A stretch of DNA of 64,000 bases from the human T2T-CHM13v2.0 reference genome, Homo sapiens (GCF_009914755.1 NC_060943.1), one strand, 5' to 3'; counted from the stretch's first letter, positions 44,243 to 61,492 are shown. Notes: generated by a model not told the origin, from the sequence alone. Made by a program: numbers and translations.

Positions 44243-44352
44243 AGATTAGAGTGGCTGTGGTCTAGTGCTGTGTGGAAGACTAGTGATTTTGTTGTTCTGA
44301 TGTACTACGACAACAAGTCACAGCCGGCCTCATAGCGCAGACTCCCTTCGAC
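44243..44352 (+). ncRNA. MIR7-3: pre-miR-7-3 stem-loop
   Basis: Contains the miR-7-5p sequence paired with CAACAAGTCACAGCCGGCCTCA (44311-44332). Flanks match hsa-mir-7-3 as I know it. CNNC motif (CGAC) lies 17 nt after the 3p arm. Confidence 0.99.
44273..44296 (+). ncRNA. MIR7-3: Mature miR-7-5p (UGGAAGACUAGUGAUUUUGUUGUU; seed GGAAGAC)
   Basis: Exact match to the conserved miR-7 sequence. Confidence 0.99.
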
Positions 44353-45478
44353 CTTCGCCTTCAATGGGCTGGCCAGTGGGGGAGAACCGGGGAGGTCGGG
44401 GAAGAATCGCTTCCACTCGGAGTGGGGGGGCTGGCTCACTCCAGGCGATACAGGCACAGGCAAAGGAGGGAAGCAAACAAGGACATACATCCTGTGCTCA
44501 TACAGCCATGCACCATGTATGGGGTTTGTCACATCACTCGTACGCCCCCACAAGCCTGGAGATAGAACATACCTGACTCTAAACCCAAGACCTCTAACCA
44601 CCTTATGGCGCTTTCCTGGGAGACCCAATGAGGGAATGACATTTAAAGCCCTCCCTAGACCAGAGTTCTCAGGGTACTTTTCTATTAAAAAAAAAATTAT
44701 TATTTTTTTGGCCGGGTGGCTCACGCCTGTCATCCCAGCACTTTGGGAGGCCAAGGCAGGTGGACCACTTGAGGCCAGGAGTTCAAGACCAGCCTGGACA
44801 ACATGGTGAAACTCCATTTCTCCTAAAAATACAAAAATTAGCTGGGCGTTGTGGCACACACCTGTAGTCCCAGCTACTCGGGAGGCTGAGGCATGGGAAT
44901 CCCTTGAACCCAGGAGGCAGAGGCTGCATGACCCAAGATTGCACCACTGCACTCCAGCCTGGGCAACAGAGAGAGATTCTGTCTCAAAAAACATTTTTTT
45001 TTTCTTTTTTGTAAAGACATGGTCTCCTGCCTCAGCCTCTCAAAGTGCCAAGATTACAGGTGTGAGCCACCGAACCCAGCCTAAGGATACTTTTCAATAA
45101 AAGTTCCAGAAGTGGGCTGGGTGTGGGAGCTCATACCTGTAATCCTAACATTTTGGGAGGATGAGATGGGAGGATTGCTTGAGTACAGGAGTTTGAGACC
45201 AGCCTGGGCAATATAGTGAGACCCCGTGAGTTGACACATGCCTGTAGTCCCAACTACTTAGGAGGTGGGAGGAACACTTGAGCCTGGGAGATCAAGGCTG
45301 CAGTGAGCCATGACTGCACCACTGCACTCCAGACTGGGCAACAGAACAACACCCTGTTTCAAAAAAAAAGTTTCAGAAAAGATTCCTTTCCTGTCTGCTA
45401 CCCATCAGTGTCATGGGCCAATCATAGGACAAGTGTGAACTTGTGCCCAGTGGTGACTTATGACATCATAAAGGCTCA

Positions 45479-45667
<189 letters not shown>

Positions 45668-45736
45668 TCAAGTGAAAAACTGCACATGGTTACCTGTTCT
45701 CCAGCCTCAGGGCTTTTGCCTCTGCTGTTCCTGCAG

Positions 45737-45877
45737 CTTGGAATGCACTCCCTCCACCTCCAACCAGAGCTCCCCACAACTGACCCTGCCTTCTTCTGCA
45801 AGCTCCATTTCATCAAGGGAAACGATCCTTATTGCCTCACCATTTCCCACGTGAAGTCTGTATTGACATTCTCATAG
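45737..45877 (+). CDS. MIR7-3HG: Putative PGSF1 ORF, coding segment 3 (LGMHSLHLQ...KSVLTFS*)
   Basis: Acceptor CTGTTCCTGCAG|C, stop TAG at 45875-45877. 118+128+141 nt = 128 aa plus stop. Confidence 0.5.
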   Translation, partial: LGMHSLHLQPELPTTDPAFFCKLHFIKGNDPYCLTISHVKSVLTFS

Positions 45878-46068
45878 ACCTGGGATATTGTGTCTGCAGC
45901 ACATAGTCCAATTATTTTCATGTTATCTACTGACAGGTCTATTTGTCTCCCTGTTACACTGTGAGCTCCGTGAGGGCAGAAACAATGTTAGTATTTTCAC
46001 TGCTGTGTCCCCAGCGCCTGGTCCGGGGCCCGGCACACAGCAGGCATATAATAAGCATGTGTTGAATC

Positions 46069-46110
46069 AATAAAGGCATCAAAGAATAAACCAATACATC
46101 AATCAATAAA
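46069..46110 (+). terminator. MIR7-3HG: Polyadenylation signal cluster of MIR7-3HG
   Basis: AATAAA at 46069-46074, 46085-46090 and 46105-46110. Confidence 0.75.
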
Positions 46111-46806
46111 TGAATGAATGGCCTCAGCACACACAGGAAGATCCTTCTTCTAGGTCTCCCCCAGAGAGATACTGGAGGGCAATGGTTGCTGGAGGTGTTT
46201 ATTGGGGAAGCATAATTGAATTTGTGGACACTTAAGGGCCGGCCAGCCAACTCACAGCCCCAAGAGAGAGAGCCAGGCTCATTTAATTAGCAATTACAAG
46301 GCACTGATTCCTCATTAGCTCTGGCAACCCTCGTCTCCCTCCTCAGCCCCAGACAAATGAAATCTTTCTCTCTCTCCCAGGAGTACTGCCTCAGTGGGTC
46401 CATTAACAAGCAGAGAAAATGAGATTAGAAGACACCTAAATGCCAGAGGCACTTTATGAATGGGCTGAGCAGAGGGAGGTTCAATGTCTGGGTTAGGTCT
46501 AATTGTGGGAGGTTTCCTGGTCTATTTAGAATTGCCCCCTGGGAATGCAAGGTCTTTCAGAAAGGAAAAGGCACACAGATATTGCCTTCTGGGGTCCTCA
46601 ATGGAGGAGGACATTCTGCTATGGGTGTCTCCCAGTCACCCCAAATTAATCATTTCAAAGTGAACACTCAATCTGCCCAGCCCCTAGCTTCCTCCCCTGA
46701 CATGCCCATGAATATGACAGTCCCTCTACATGCCCAAGATCCTCCCCTCCTCATCCACTCCCCATGATCCCCAAGATGAGTCACTGTGCTCAAATCCATC
46801 CTCTCT

Positions 46807-46860
46807 CCTCCAGCCCTCTGCCTCCATGACCTCCCTCCAGCCCTCTGCCTCCATGACCTC
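46807..46860 (+). repeat. Perfect 27-bp tandem duplication
   Basis: CCTCCAGCCCTCTGCCTCCATGACCTC x2. Confidence 0.95.
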
Positions 46861-47432
46861 CGCCTCCCTGCATGTCCGGATCTCCTCACTGTCTCCCCTC
46901 TGAGCATACACACACATACAGCCTGTTCATTCTCTACATGCAGCGAGGGGACTTTCCAGAACACACATCTGACCAAGTTCCACTCCTGCCTGTCACCCTT
47001 CCAAGAGCCCCACTGACTGCAGAATAACGTTCAAATATCCGGTTGGGCGTGGTGGCTCATGCCTGCAGTCCCAGCACTTTGGGAGGCCAAGGTGGGTGGA
47101 TCACTTGCACAGGACCACAGGCGTGTGCCACCACACCCAGCTAATTTTTATATTTTTGGTAGAGACGGAGTTTCACCATGTTGGCCAGGCTGACCTCAAG
47201 TGATCCACCCGCCTCAACCTCCCAAAGTGCTGGGATTACAGGCATGAGTCACTGCACCGGTCTAATTTTTTCAGAGTCTCACTCTTGCCCAGGCTGGAGT
47301 GCAGTAGCATGATCTCGGTTCACTGCAACCTCTGCCTCCTGGTTTCAAGCGATTCTCTTGGCTCAGCCTCCTGAGCAGCTGGGATTACAGGCACGTGCCA
47401 CCACACTTAGCTAATTTTTGTATTTTTAGTAG

Positions 47433-47567
<135 letters not shown>

Positions 47568-48263
47568 TAAAGCCACACTAACCTTTTATTTTCCCCCAAA
47601 GACCCCTGGGAGCCCTCAGTTTTTCCTGGCAGTTTCATCTTTGTACCCCTGACCTCCCCACACACACGCCTAGCTCAGTGCTGGCATCCAATATTCACTT
47701 TGGGTATAAATGCTTGTGCCTGAGCCTATCACCTTCATCACACAGAAAATCCTGGAGGCCACACACCCCTGTAAAGACGAGCCATTACCCACAGAGGTCC
47801 AACCAACTTACCACCCTCTCCCAGCCACCCCCAAGGACCCAGCTTGCAGCTGCCTGCTCAATGGCTTTAGAAACTAAAAAAGGTGAATGAGTTTCCATCA
47901 CTGCCCTCCTGGGCTTTGCCGTTATGGCTGGTTAACTTGACAGAAGAACACATTATACTTCATTTTTTGCTGTTGTCTTGTTGGAAAAAAAAGTGACAGC
48001 TGGGTGCAGTGGTGCACACTGTAGTCACAGCTACTCAGGAGAATTGCTTGAGCACAGGAATTGGAGGCTACACTGAGCAATGATCGCCTCACTGCACTCC
48101 AGCCTGAACGACAGAGCAAGACCCTCTTAAAAAATACGTGAGAGAGGGTGCGTATGATGGCTCATGCCTGTAATCCCAGCAGTTTGGGAGGCCAAGACAG
48201 GTGGATTGCTTGAACTCAGGAGTTCAGGACTAACCTCGCCAACATGGTGAAATCCTGTCTCTA

Positions 48264-48482
<219 letters not shown>

Positions 48483-48534
48483 TCACACCTGTAATCCCAG
48501 AACACTTTGGGAGGCCAAGGCAGGCAGATCACTA

Positions 48535-48819
<285 letters not shown>

Positions 48820-48959
48820 TTAATCACCCAGAGTTAAGTGTCAGAATCCACAGGTTAGCCAGGTGCAATGTCTCATGTCCTGTCATCCCAGCTACCCGGG
48901 AGGCTGAGGTGGGAGGATGGCTTGAGGCCAGGAGTTTCATACCAGTTTGAGTCTTACTA

Positions 48960-49283
<324 letters not shown>

Positions 49284-49304
49284 TCAAAAAAAAAAAAAAC
49301 AAAA

Positions 49305-49555
49305 GCAGTCACTCCTCATTCTTCTTCCCACACTCCAGCCCCTGGCAACCATTTATCTGATTTCTATCTCTCTGGATTGGCCTGTTCTGGACATGCCATA
49401 GAAATGGGATCACACACTGTGTGGCTTTTTGTGTCTGGCTTCTCCCACCTGAGCCTGACGTCCTCAAGGTTCTTGTAGCCTGTGTCAGAGCCTCATTCCT
49501 TTTCATGGCTGAGTCATATTCCATTGCATGGATATACCACATTTTCCTTATCCAG
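49305..49555 (-). mobile_element. L1MB-type 3' UTR fragment
   Basis: CCAGCCCCTGGCAACCAT...TTCTGGACAT...TTTTCATGGCTGAGTCATATTCCATTGCATGGATATACCACATTTT. Confidence 0.85.
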
Positions 49556-49702
49556 ACGCTGTTTTGATGGCTTTAGACACATGATCTCCTGCGAGGTTGG
49601 TGGTCTTATTGCACCCTATTTTGCAGGAGAGGAAACTGAGGCCCAGGGAGGTCAAGCAAGTTGCTCGAGGTTGCACAGCTGCTGGTGGCATAGCCAGGAC
49701 TT

Positions 49703-50198
<496 letters not shown>

Positions 50199-50530
50199 CC
50201 CAGGGAAGGATGCCAAGACACAGACAGGAGTTTGTGGCGGTCACCCAGTGAATCATCCCCAGCTAGGGCTGGAACTGAAGCCTCAGGCTTGGGGAGGGGT
50301 CAGTTCAGAAACCTTGAGGGTCTTCTCTGACGCCTGCTTGGCTCCCTTGTGTATGTTTTGGAGAATTTTTTTGTAGGGAGGCAAGTGAGGGAGGAGGGCA
50401 GAACTTAAATGCTGCAACATTCAAGGGCTCAAACGGTGGTTGCCTCCCACTAGGGAGGGCAGGGGGCCGCCAGAGAGAGCCTTGATTATGTCCTGCACCT
50501 TAATGGGTCCTTCCTAAGAGAGTGGCTTTG

Positions 50531-50544
50531 GTTTCCATGACAAC
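50531..50544. promoter_or_regulatory. RFX X-box
   Basis: GTTTCCATGACAAC versus consensus GTTNCCATGGNAAC. Confidence 0.5.
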
Positions 50545-50876
50545 AAGCCGGCAGCATCAGAGCAAGATAGTGGAGTCTCCTCCCCCGACCCACATCTGGT
50601 TCTGGAATCTCTACCCCTCTATCCCAGTCATTCCAAATCGCAGGAATCCAGCTGTGGCTCAGCCCAAGACCAGAGGGGGCAGCCACGCAGTGGACAGCGC
50701 TCCTTCTCTGTGGCCTAGCAGGCAGGAGGACCCCTGGCCCTGCCCCACGCTGGTAAGGAAGAGATGAATGGACAGAAATAGCGTATGCCGGGCCTGGCAC
50801 AGTGGGTTACGCCTGTGATCCCGCACTTTGGAAGGCCGAGGCAGGCAGAACACTCGAGGCCAAGAGTTCAAGATCA

Positions 50877-51092
<216 letters not shown>

Positions 51093-51120
51093 CTACAGCC
51101 AGGAAGGGAGCAGTGGCTCA

Positions 51121-51495
<375 letters not shown>

Positions 51496-51797
51496 CTAAG
51501 ACAGAGACGTCCAGCTCTGTAGCCCAGGCTGGAGTGCAGGGGTGTGATCTCAGCTTACTGCAACCTCCACCTCCTGGGTTCAAGCAATTATTGTGCCCCA
51601 GCCTCCCATGTAGCTGGAATTACAGGTGTGCACCACCACGCCTGGCTAATTTTTTGGGGGTAATTTTAGTAGAGACAAGGTTTCAACATGTTGGTCAGGC
51701 TGGTCTCAAACTCCTGGCCTCAAGTGATCTGCCCACCTCAGTTTCCCGAAGTGCTAGGATTACAGATGTGAGCTACCATGCCCAGCCGACTCTCATC

Positions 51798-52026
51798 ATT
51801 CCTTCCTTCCTTCCTTCCTTCCTTCCTTCCTTCTTTCCTTTCTTCCTTCCTTCTTTCCTTCTTTCCCTTTCTTTCTTTCTTTCTCTTTCTCTTCCTTCCT
51901 TCTTTCTCTCTTCCTTCTTTCTTTCTCTCTTTCCTTCCTTCCTTCTTTCTTTCTTTCTTTTTTTTCTTTCTTCCTTCCTTCCTTCCTTCCTTTCTTCCTT
52001 CCTTCTTTTTTCTTTTCTTTTTTTTT
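51798..52026 (+). repeat. (CCTT)n/(CTTT)n polypyrimidine tract from an antisense Alu tail
   Basis: Direct observation. Confidence 0.95.
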
Positions 52027-52304
52027 GACAAAATCTCACTCTGTCGCCCAGACTGGAGTGCAGTGGCACCATCTCGGCTCACTGAAACCTCCGCCTCCCG
52101 GATTCAAGTGATTCTCATGCCTCAGCCTCCCTAGTAGCTGGGATCACAGGTGCCCACCACCATGCCTGGCTAATTTTTGTATTTTGGTAGAGATGGGGTT
52201 TTACCATGTTGGCCAAGCTAGTCTCAAACTCCTGACCTCAGGTGATCCACCTGCCTCGGCCTCCCAAAGTGCTGGGATTATAGGCGTGAGCGACCACATC
52301 CAGC

Positions 52305-52530
52305 TGCCACTTCTATTCAATATTGTATTGGAGGTTCTAGCCAGTGCATAAGAAAAAAAAAAAGGCATCCACATTGCAAAGAAGTAAAACTGTGTTTATT
52401 CACGGGTGCCATGGTTGTCTATGTAGAAAATATTACAGAATCTACAAAAGATTGCAGGCTCCAAGAACAATATAAAACATTAATTATATTTCTATATACT
52501 AGTAACAATCTTTCAGAAATTGAAATTAGG
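52305..52530 (+). mobile_element. Decayed L1 ORF2 (reverse transcriptase region) fragment
   Basis: CCACTTCTATTCAATATTGTATTGGAGGTTCTAGCCAGTGCA...GAAGTAAAACTGTGTTTATTC; the preceding piece is at about 51440-51510. Confidence 0.8.
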
Positions 52531-52647
52531 CCAGGCATGGTGGCTCATGCCTGTAATCTCAGCACTTTGGGAGGCCAAGGCAGGCAGATCACAAGGTCAG
52601 GAGATCAAGCCCATCCTGGCTAACACGGTGAAACCCTGTCTCTACTA

Positions 52648-52877
<230 letters not shown>

Positions 52878-53186
52878 TTATGAGGAAGCAGACATCCTGG
52901 GCAACATAGTGAGACCCCGTCTCTACAAAAAATAAACAATTAGCCAGGCATGGTGATGCACCTGTAATCCCAGCTACTTAGGAGGCTGAGGTAGAAGGAA
53001 AGATTGCTTGGCCCTGGGAGGTCAAGGCTGCAGTGATCTATGATTGTACCACTGCACTCCATCCAGCCTGGGCAACAGAGTGAGATCTTGTCTCAAAAAT
53101 AAATAAATAAATAAATAAATAAATAAGAGAGAGAAAAAGCAGGTATGCCTGCTACTCCATAACATTTCTGTTAGAAGGCTAGATGA

Positions 53187-53435
<249 letters not shown>

Positions 53436-53469
53436 TAGCCAGGATAGTCTTGATCTCCTGACCTCATGA

Positions 53470-53628
<159 letters not shown>

Positions 53629-54459
53629 TGAGCTACTGTGACCTGCAAGGGACCTCATCTTTGATGGAGAATTTCCCTAAAATGCTCCTTTTCTTAAATA
53701 GGGTCTCACTCTGTAGCTTGGGCTGGAGTCAGTGGCATGATCATGGCTCACTGCAGCCTTGACTTCCTGGGCTCAAGAGATCCTGCTGCCTCAGCCTCCC
53801 AAGTAGCTAACTATAGGCACACACCACCATGCCAAGCTAATTTTTTTATTTTTTGTAGAAATGAAGTATCACTGTGTTGCCCAGGCTGGTCTCAAACTCC
53901 TAGGCTCCAGTGATCCTTCTGCCTTGGCCTCCCAAAGTGTTGGGATTACAGGCATGAGCCACCACGCCCAGCCAAAATGCTGTCTGATGAGCAAGGGATG
54001 TCAATACAATACGGAATGTACCATACCTGCCAGGTTGTCCATCCTCTGCATTTTTGGTGCTGTCTCTTCCTTCCACCTGTGTGATGGTCTTAAAACATCC
54101 ACAGCCGGGCACGGTGGCTGCTGGGCGCGGTGGCTCACGCCTGTAATCCCAGCACTTTGGGAGGCCGAGGTGGGCGGATCACGAGGTCAGGAGATCAAGA
54201 CCATCCTGGCTAACACGGTGAAACCCCGTCTCTACTAAAAATACAAAAAATTAGTCGGGCGTGGTGCCGGGCGCCTGTAGTCCCAGCTACTTAGGAGGCT
54301 GAGGCAAGAGAATGGCGTGAACCTGGGAGGTGGAGCTTGCAGTTAGCCAAGATCACGCCACTGCACTCCAGCCTGAGCGACAGAGCAAGACTTTGTCTCA
54401 AAAACAACAACATCAACAAAAAAAAAAAAAATCCACAAACATCTAACTCTGTTTTCTTG

Positions 54460-54850
54460 TGAAGATCCAATTCTCTCCCCTTGAAAGTGGGCTAGACTTG
54501 GCAAATACGATGTGGCAGAAGTGACACTATGACTTCTGAGGCTGCGTGATAAGAGGTGATACGATACAGCTTATGCCTGGTTCTCTCTCTGGATGCTTGC
54601 TCCTGGGACCCAGCAGCCATCTTGTGAGGAAGCTCAAGCTACATGGAGGTGTTCCTGCCGGCAGTCCCAGTTGAGGTCCTTCAAGATGACTCCAACCCCA
54701 GCCTCCTTCTGACTTGAACCACATACGAACTGCCCCCAGTGAGAACTGTCTAGCAGAGTCCACTCTCAGAACCATGACAAGTAATAATAATAGGTTGTTG
54801 TTTATGTCAGTAACCTTGAGGTCGTTTGTTAAGTCAATTTAGGTATCTAG
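54460..54850 (+). mobile_element. MLT1-type MaLR LTR
   Basis: TGTGGCAGAAGTGACACTATGACTTCTGAGGCT...CCCAGCAGCCATCTTGTGAGGAAGCTCAAGC...CAGTGAGAACTG. Confidence 0.7.
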
Positions 54851-55787
54851 AGCAATCTGGACCATTTGTTTCTTCCAAAGTTCTACCTAAAAAAAAATCC
54901 CTGTCCAGGCCAGACATGGTGGCTCACGCCTGTAATCCCAGCACTTTGGGAGGCTGAGGTGGGCGGATCATAAGGTCAGGAGATTGAGACCATCCTGGCT
55001 AACGCGGTGAAACCCCATCTCTACTAAAAATGCAAAAAATTACCTGGGCGTGATGGCGGGCGCCTGTAGTCCCAGCTACTCAGGAGGCTGAGGCAGGAGA
55101 ATGGCGTGAACCTGGGAGGCGGAGATTGCAGTGAGCCAAGATTGAGCCACTGCACTCCAACCTGGGTGACAGAGCAAGGCTCTGTCTCAAAAAAAAAAAA
55201 AAAACCCTGTCCATACTTGAAGACCTAGCCTCGCACATGAAGTATCTCCCAGGTTCCTCCTTCCCTCCCCAGCCAGATACAATCCATTCATTCTCAGGCT
55301 CCTGCATCCCCAACCACACAGTCTAACTTGAGTTATTCTCCTCCCATCAGATTCTGGGCTCTTGAGAACAACATCTGCTTGTTTACTGCTATATAACCAG
55401 GATCCAGCACACAGCCCAGCACATAGCAGGTGCTAAGAATATAAATAAATGTGGCTGAATGTTTAAATGAGTGAAGAAATGAAACAAAGATACATACTAA
55501 TGCCTTCAGGCTGTGCTACATTATATAAATCTATCTAGTCCCTTCAGGGAGTGGGAGACACACTGAGACTGTTTCTTAGAAACTAAACCATGGCATATTT
55601 TCCCAATGAACAGACAATTCCCCGGAGAGGAAACAGACATCGTAAACAAACTCTTGGGGAACTGTGTGATTTGGTTAGTAATTATAGACAGGCAAATTAA
55701 AGCTACCAGCTAGCACGTGGCACAATCCCAGTTACTATTACTGCACCACAGATGACCCCAAAATGTTCAGGCTTAAAACAATCATCA

Positions 55788-56113
<326 letters not shown>

Positions 56114-56568
56114 TCAGGAGCTTGGGGCAGGGCTCCACTGGGAAGGTAGCCATTTGCCCAAGCCAAGGAGAGAGGCCTCAAGATAAATCAATCTTTCCCA
56201 TATCTTTCTTGTTTTTAAGTCAGGGTCTTGCTCTGTCACCCAGGCTGGAGTGCAGTGGTGCGATCATAGCTCACTGCAGCCTCCATCTCCTGGGGTCAAG
56301 ATCCTCCCACCTCAGCGTCTCAAGGAGCTGGGACCACAGGTGTACATCACTGTACCTGGCTAACTTTTTAAATTTTTTCATAGAGACGGGGTCTCGCTGC
56401 ATTGCCCACACTAGTCTTGACCTCCTGGATTCAAGCAATCCCTCATGTCAGCCTCTCAAGTAGCTGGGACTACAGGCGTGCCCTACCATACTCAGCTCAT
56501 TCTGCCCATATCTTGATCTTGAACTTCTAGGCTCCAGAAATGTGGAAAAACAACTTTCTGTTGTTTAA

Positions 56569-56865
<297 letters not shown>

Positions 56866-56876
56866 TGATCTCTTGA

Positions 56877-57126
<250 letters not shown>

Positions 57127-57254
57127 TAGTAGAGATGGGGTTTCACCATGTTGGCCAGGCTGGTCTCGAACTCCTGACCTCAGGTGATCTGCCCGCCTCA
57201 GCCTCCCAAAGTGCTGGGATTACAGGGGCGAGCTACCGCACCCAGCCGAGACCA

Positions 57255-58448
<1,194 letters not shown>

Positions 58449-58739
58449 TGATCCGCCCGCCTCGGCCTGCCAAAGTGCTGCGATTACAGGCGTGAGCCAC
58501 CGCGCGCAGCCTTAAATGTTTTTTTAAGGGTCCGTTTTGTTTTATTTTGCTCCCTGGTCTAGCTCAGCTCCGGAATCGGTGCAGACACGCAATATCCTCT
58601 CAGTAGATATTTATGGAATAAATAAATCTGTCTCATCTTTGGCATTGCTATGATGGGGTCTATTTTGTCTTTTTCTCTATTTATCCCCATGTTTAAAATA
58701 TTTTTTTATTAGAAAAAAAAACGGAAGTCACCTTAGGAT

Positions 58740-59110
58740 GAAAGCGCCTCCCCTCCCAACCCCCCAGTGGGGTTTGGCATGTCTCTCGCTGTCCCCATCA
58801 CCTCCCTGGCCCGTGCAGGTGGCCTGGCCGTGGTTCTGCACGGGCCGCCGCGTTTAGGCGGCACTGCAGCTAATGACACCCCGCAGCGTGTGCCTGGCTG
58901 GCCGCCCGAGATGTGCCTGCGCATGGCATGGGGACGTTTGCAAGCCTGGATCCTGGCGCGGGGGCAGGTAGCGGGAGAACAGGCACGCAGATGGCAGAGG
59001 GGCTGGGGCGGGGACGCTCGCCTGGCGTGGGCCACAGTCACGACCCAATCGTAGCCCCCACTGTGTCTCTTCATAGTTGCATCCTTGGAAACCGGCGGGG
59101 CTGCAGGAAA
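58740..59110. promoter_or_regulatory. Small CpG-rich element (candidate promoter/enhancer)
   Basis: Many CpGs in non-repeat DNA; GC box GGGGCGGGG 59005-59013, CAGATGG 58988-58994, CCAAT near 59045. Confidence 0.55.
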
Positions 59111-59244
59111 AAAATTAAAAATCAGATGAAAGAAAATAAAGCAGTGGAGACCTCCAGAAGGTGCCCGCCCCACAGAATAGTAGTCAGAGTGGTGCTGTGG
59201 TTACAATGTGCTTCCTGGGGTGATGACTTTATTCATTCCACAGA

Positions 59245-59285
<41 letters not shown>

Positions 59286-59297
59286 GTTATTATTTGA

Positions 59298-59654
<357 letters not shown>

Positions 59655-59824
59655 TGAACAAACATTCTAAATTTGTTAATTATACAGCAGGGTAGGTTGG
59701 AAAGTGATGTATGCTACGGGGGGAAAAATAGGCTGAAAGGATCGTTCCACCTCGGCCTCCCAAAATAGTGGGATTATAGGTGTGAGCCACAGTGCTCAGT
59801 CTTAATTTTCAATATTGGCCATGA

Positions 59825-59910
59825 TTAACAACTGGTAGGAAAAAAAAATCCTGAAAATATAACGATCAGCTCTTGTGAGTCAGTATACACCAACATCTGC
59901 ACACTCTGGA
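59825..59910 (-). mobile_element. hAT (MER63-like) terminal fragment
   Basis: TTAACAACTGG...AATCCTGAAAATATAACGATCAGCTCTTGTGAGTCAGTA resembles the MER63 terminus from memory. Confidence 0.45.
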
Positions 59911-60026
59911 GGGGTAAATTCTGTTTTGTTTGTTTGTTTTGTTTTGTTTTGTTTTGTTGAGACGGAGTCTCTCTGTCGCCCAGGCTGGAGTTCAGTGGCA
60001 TGATCTTGGCTCACTGCAACTTCCCA

Positions 60027-60253
60027 GGGAGTTGGAAGGAGGGAGGAGGTTGGAGGGAGGAGGTTAGAGGGAGGAGGTTGGAGGGAGAGAGGAGGTTGGA
60101 GGGAGGAGGTTGGAGGGAGGAGGTTGGAGGGAGGGAGTAGGTTGGAGGGAGGGAGGAGGTTGGAGGGAGGGAGGAGGTTGGAGGGAGGAGGTTGGAGGGA
60201 GGAGGTTGGAGGGAGGGAGGAGGTTGGAGGGAGGAGGTTGGAGGCAGGAGGTT
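60027..60253 (+). repeat. G-rich minisatellite, about 14 units of GGAGGTTGGAGGGA(GGGA)
   Basis: Direct observation; unit lengths of 14 and 18 bp are mixed. Confidence 0.95.
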
Positions 60254-60413
60254 TGCTGATTTTTAGCATTTGCCCATTTCCTGTGGTGTAAATATTCAAG
60301 CCAAGAATGATTTCCAGCTACCACCAAGGAGCCATAGAACAGGGTATGGGGGCTGGGCGCGGTGGCTCACACCTGTAATCCCAGCACTTCGGGAGGCTGA
60401 GGCGGGTGGATCA

Positions 60414-61492
<1,079 letters not shown>

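Larger units (their letters stand above)
45680..46120 (+). mobile_element. L2 3' end underlying the terminal exon of MIR7-3HG
   Basis: CCTCAGGGCTTTTGCCTCTGCTGTTCCTGCAGCTTGGAATGC, ACTGTGAGCTCCGTGAGGGCAG, TTCACTGCTGTGTCCCCAGCGCCT...GGCACACAGCAGGC and a TGAATGAATG tail are characteristic L2 3' blocks. Confidence 0.8.

Noticed and set aside
50441-50690. CTCF-like strings CCACTAGGGAGGGC and CCAGAGGGGGCAGC
   Set aside because: Several mismatches or a register shift against the core; too weak to call.
59880-60327. Pro-rich repetitive ORFs (PPSNLL repeats)
   Set aside because: Translation of the minisatellite joined to Alu sequence.
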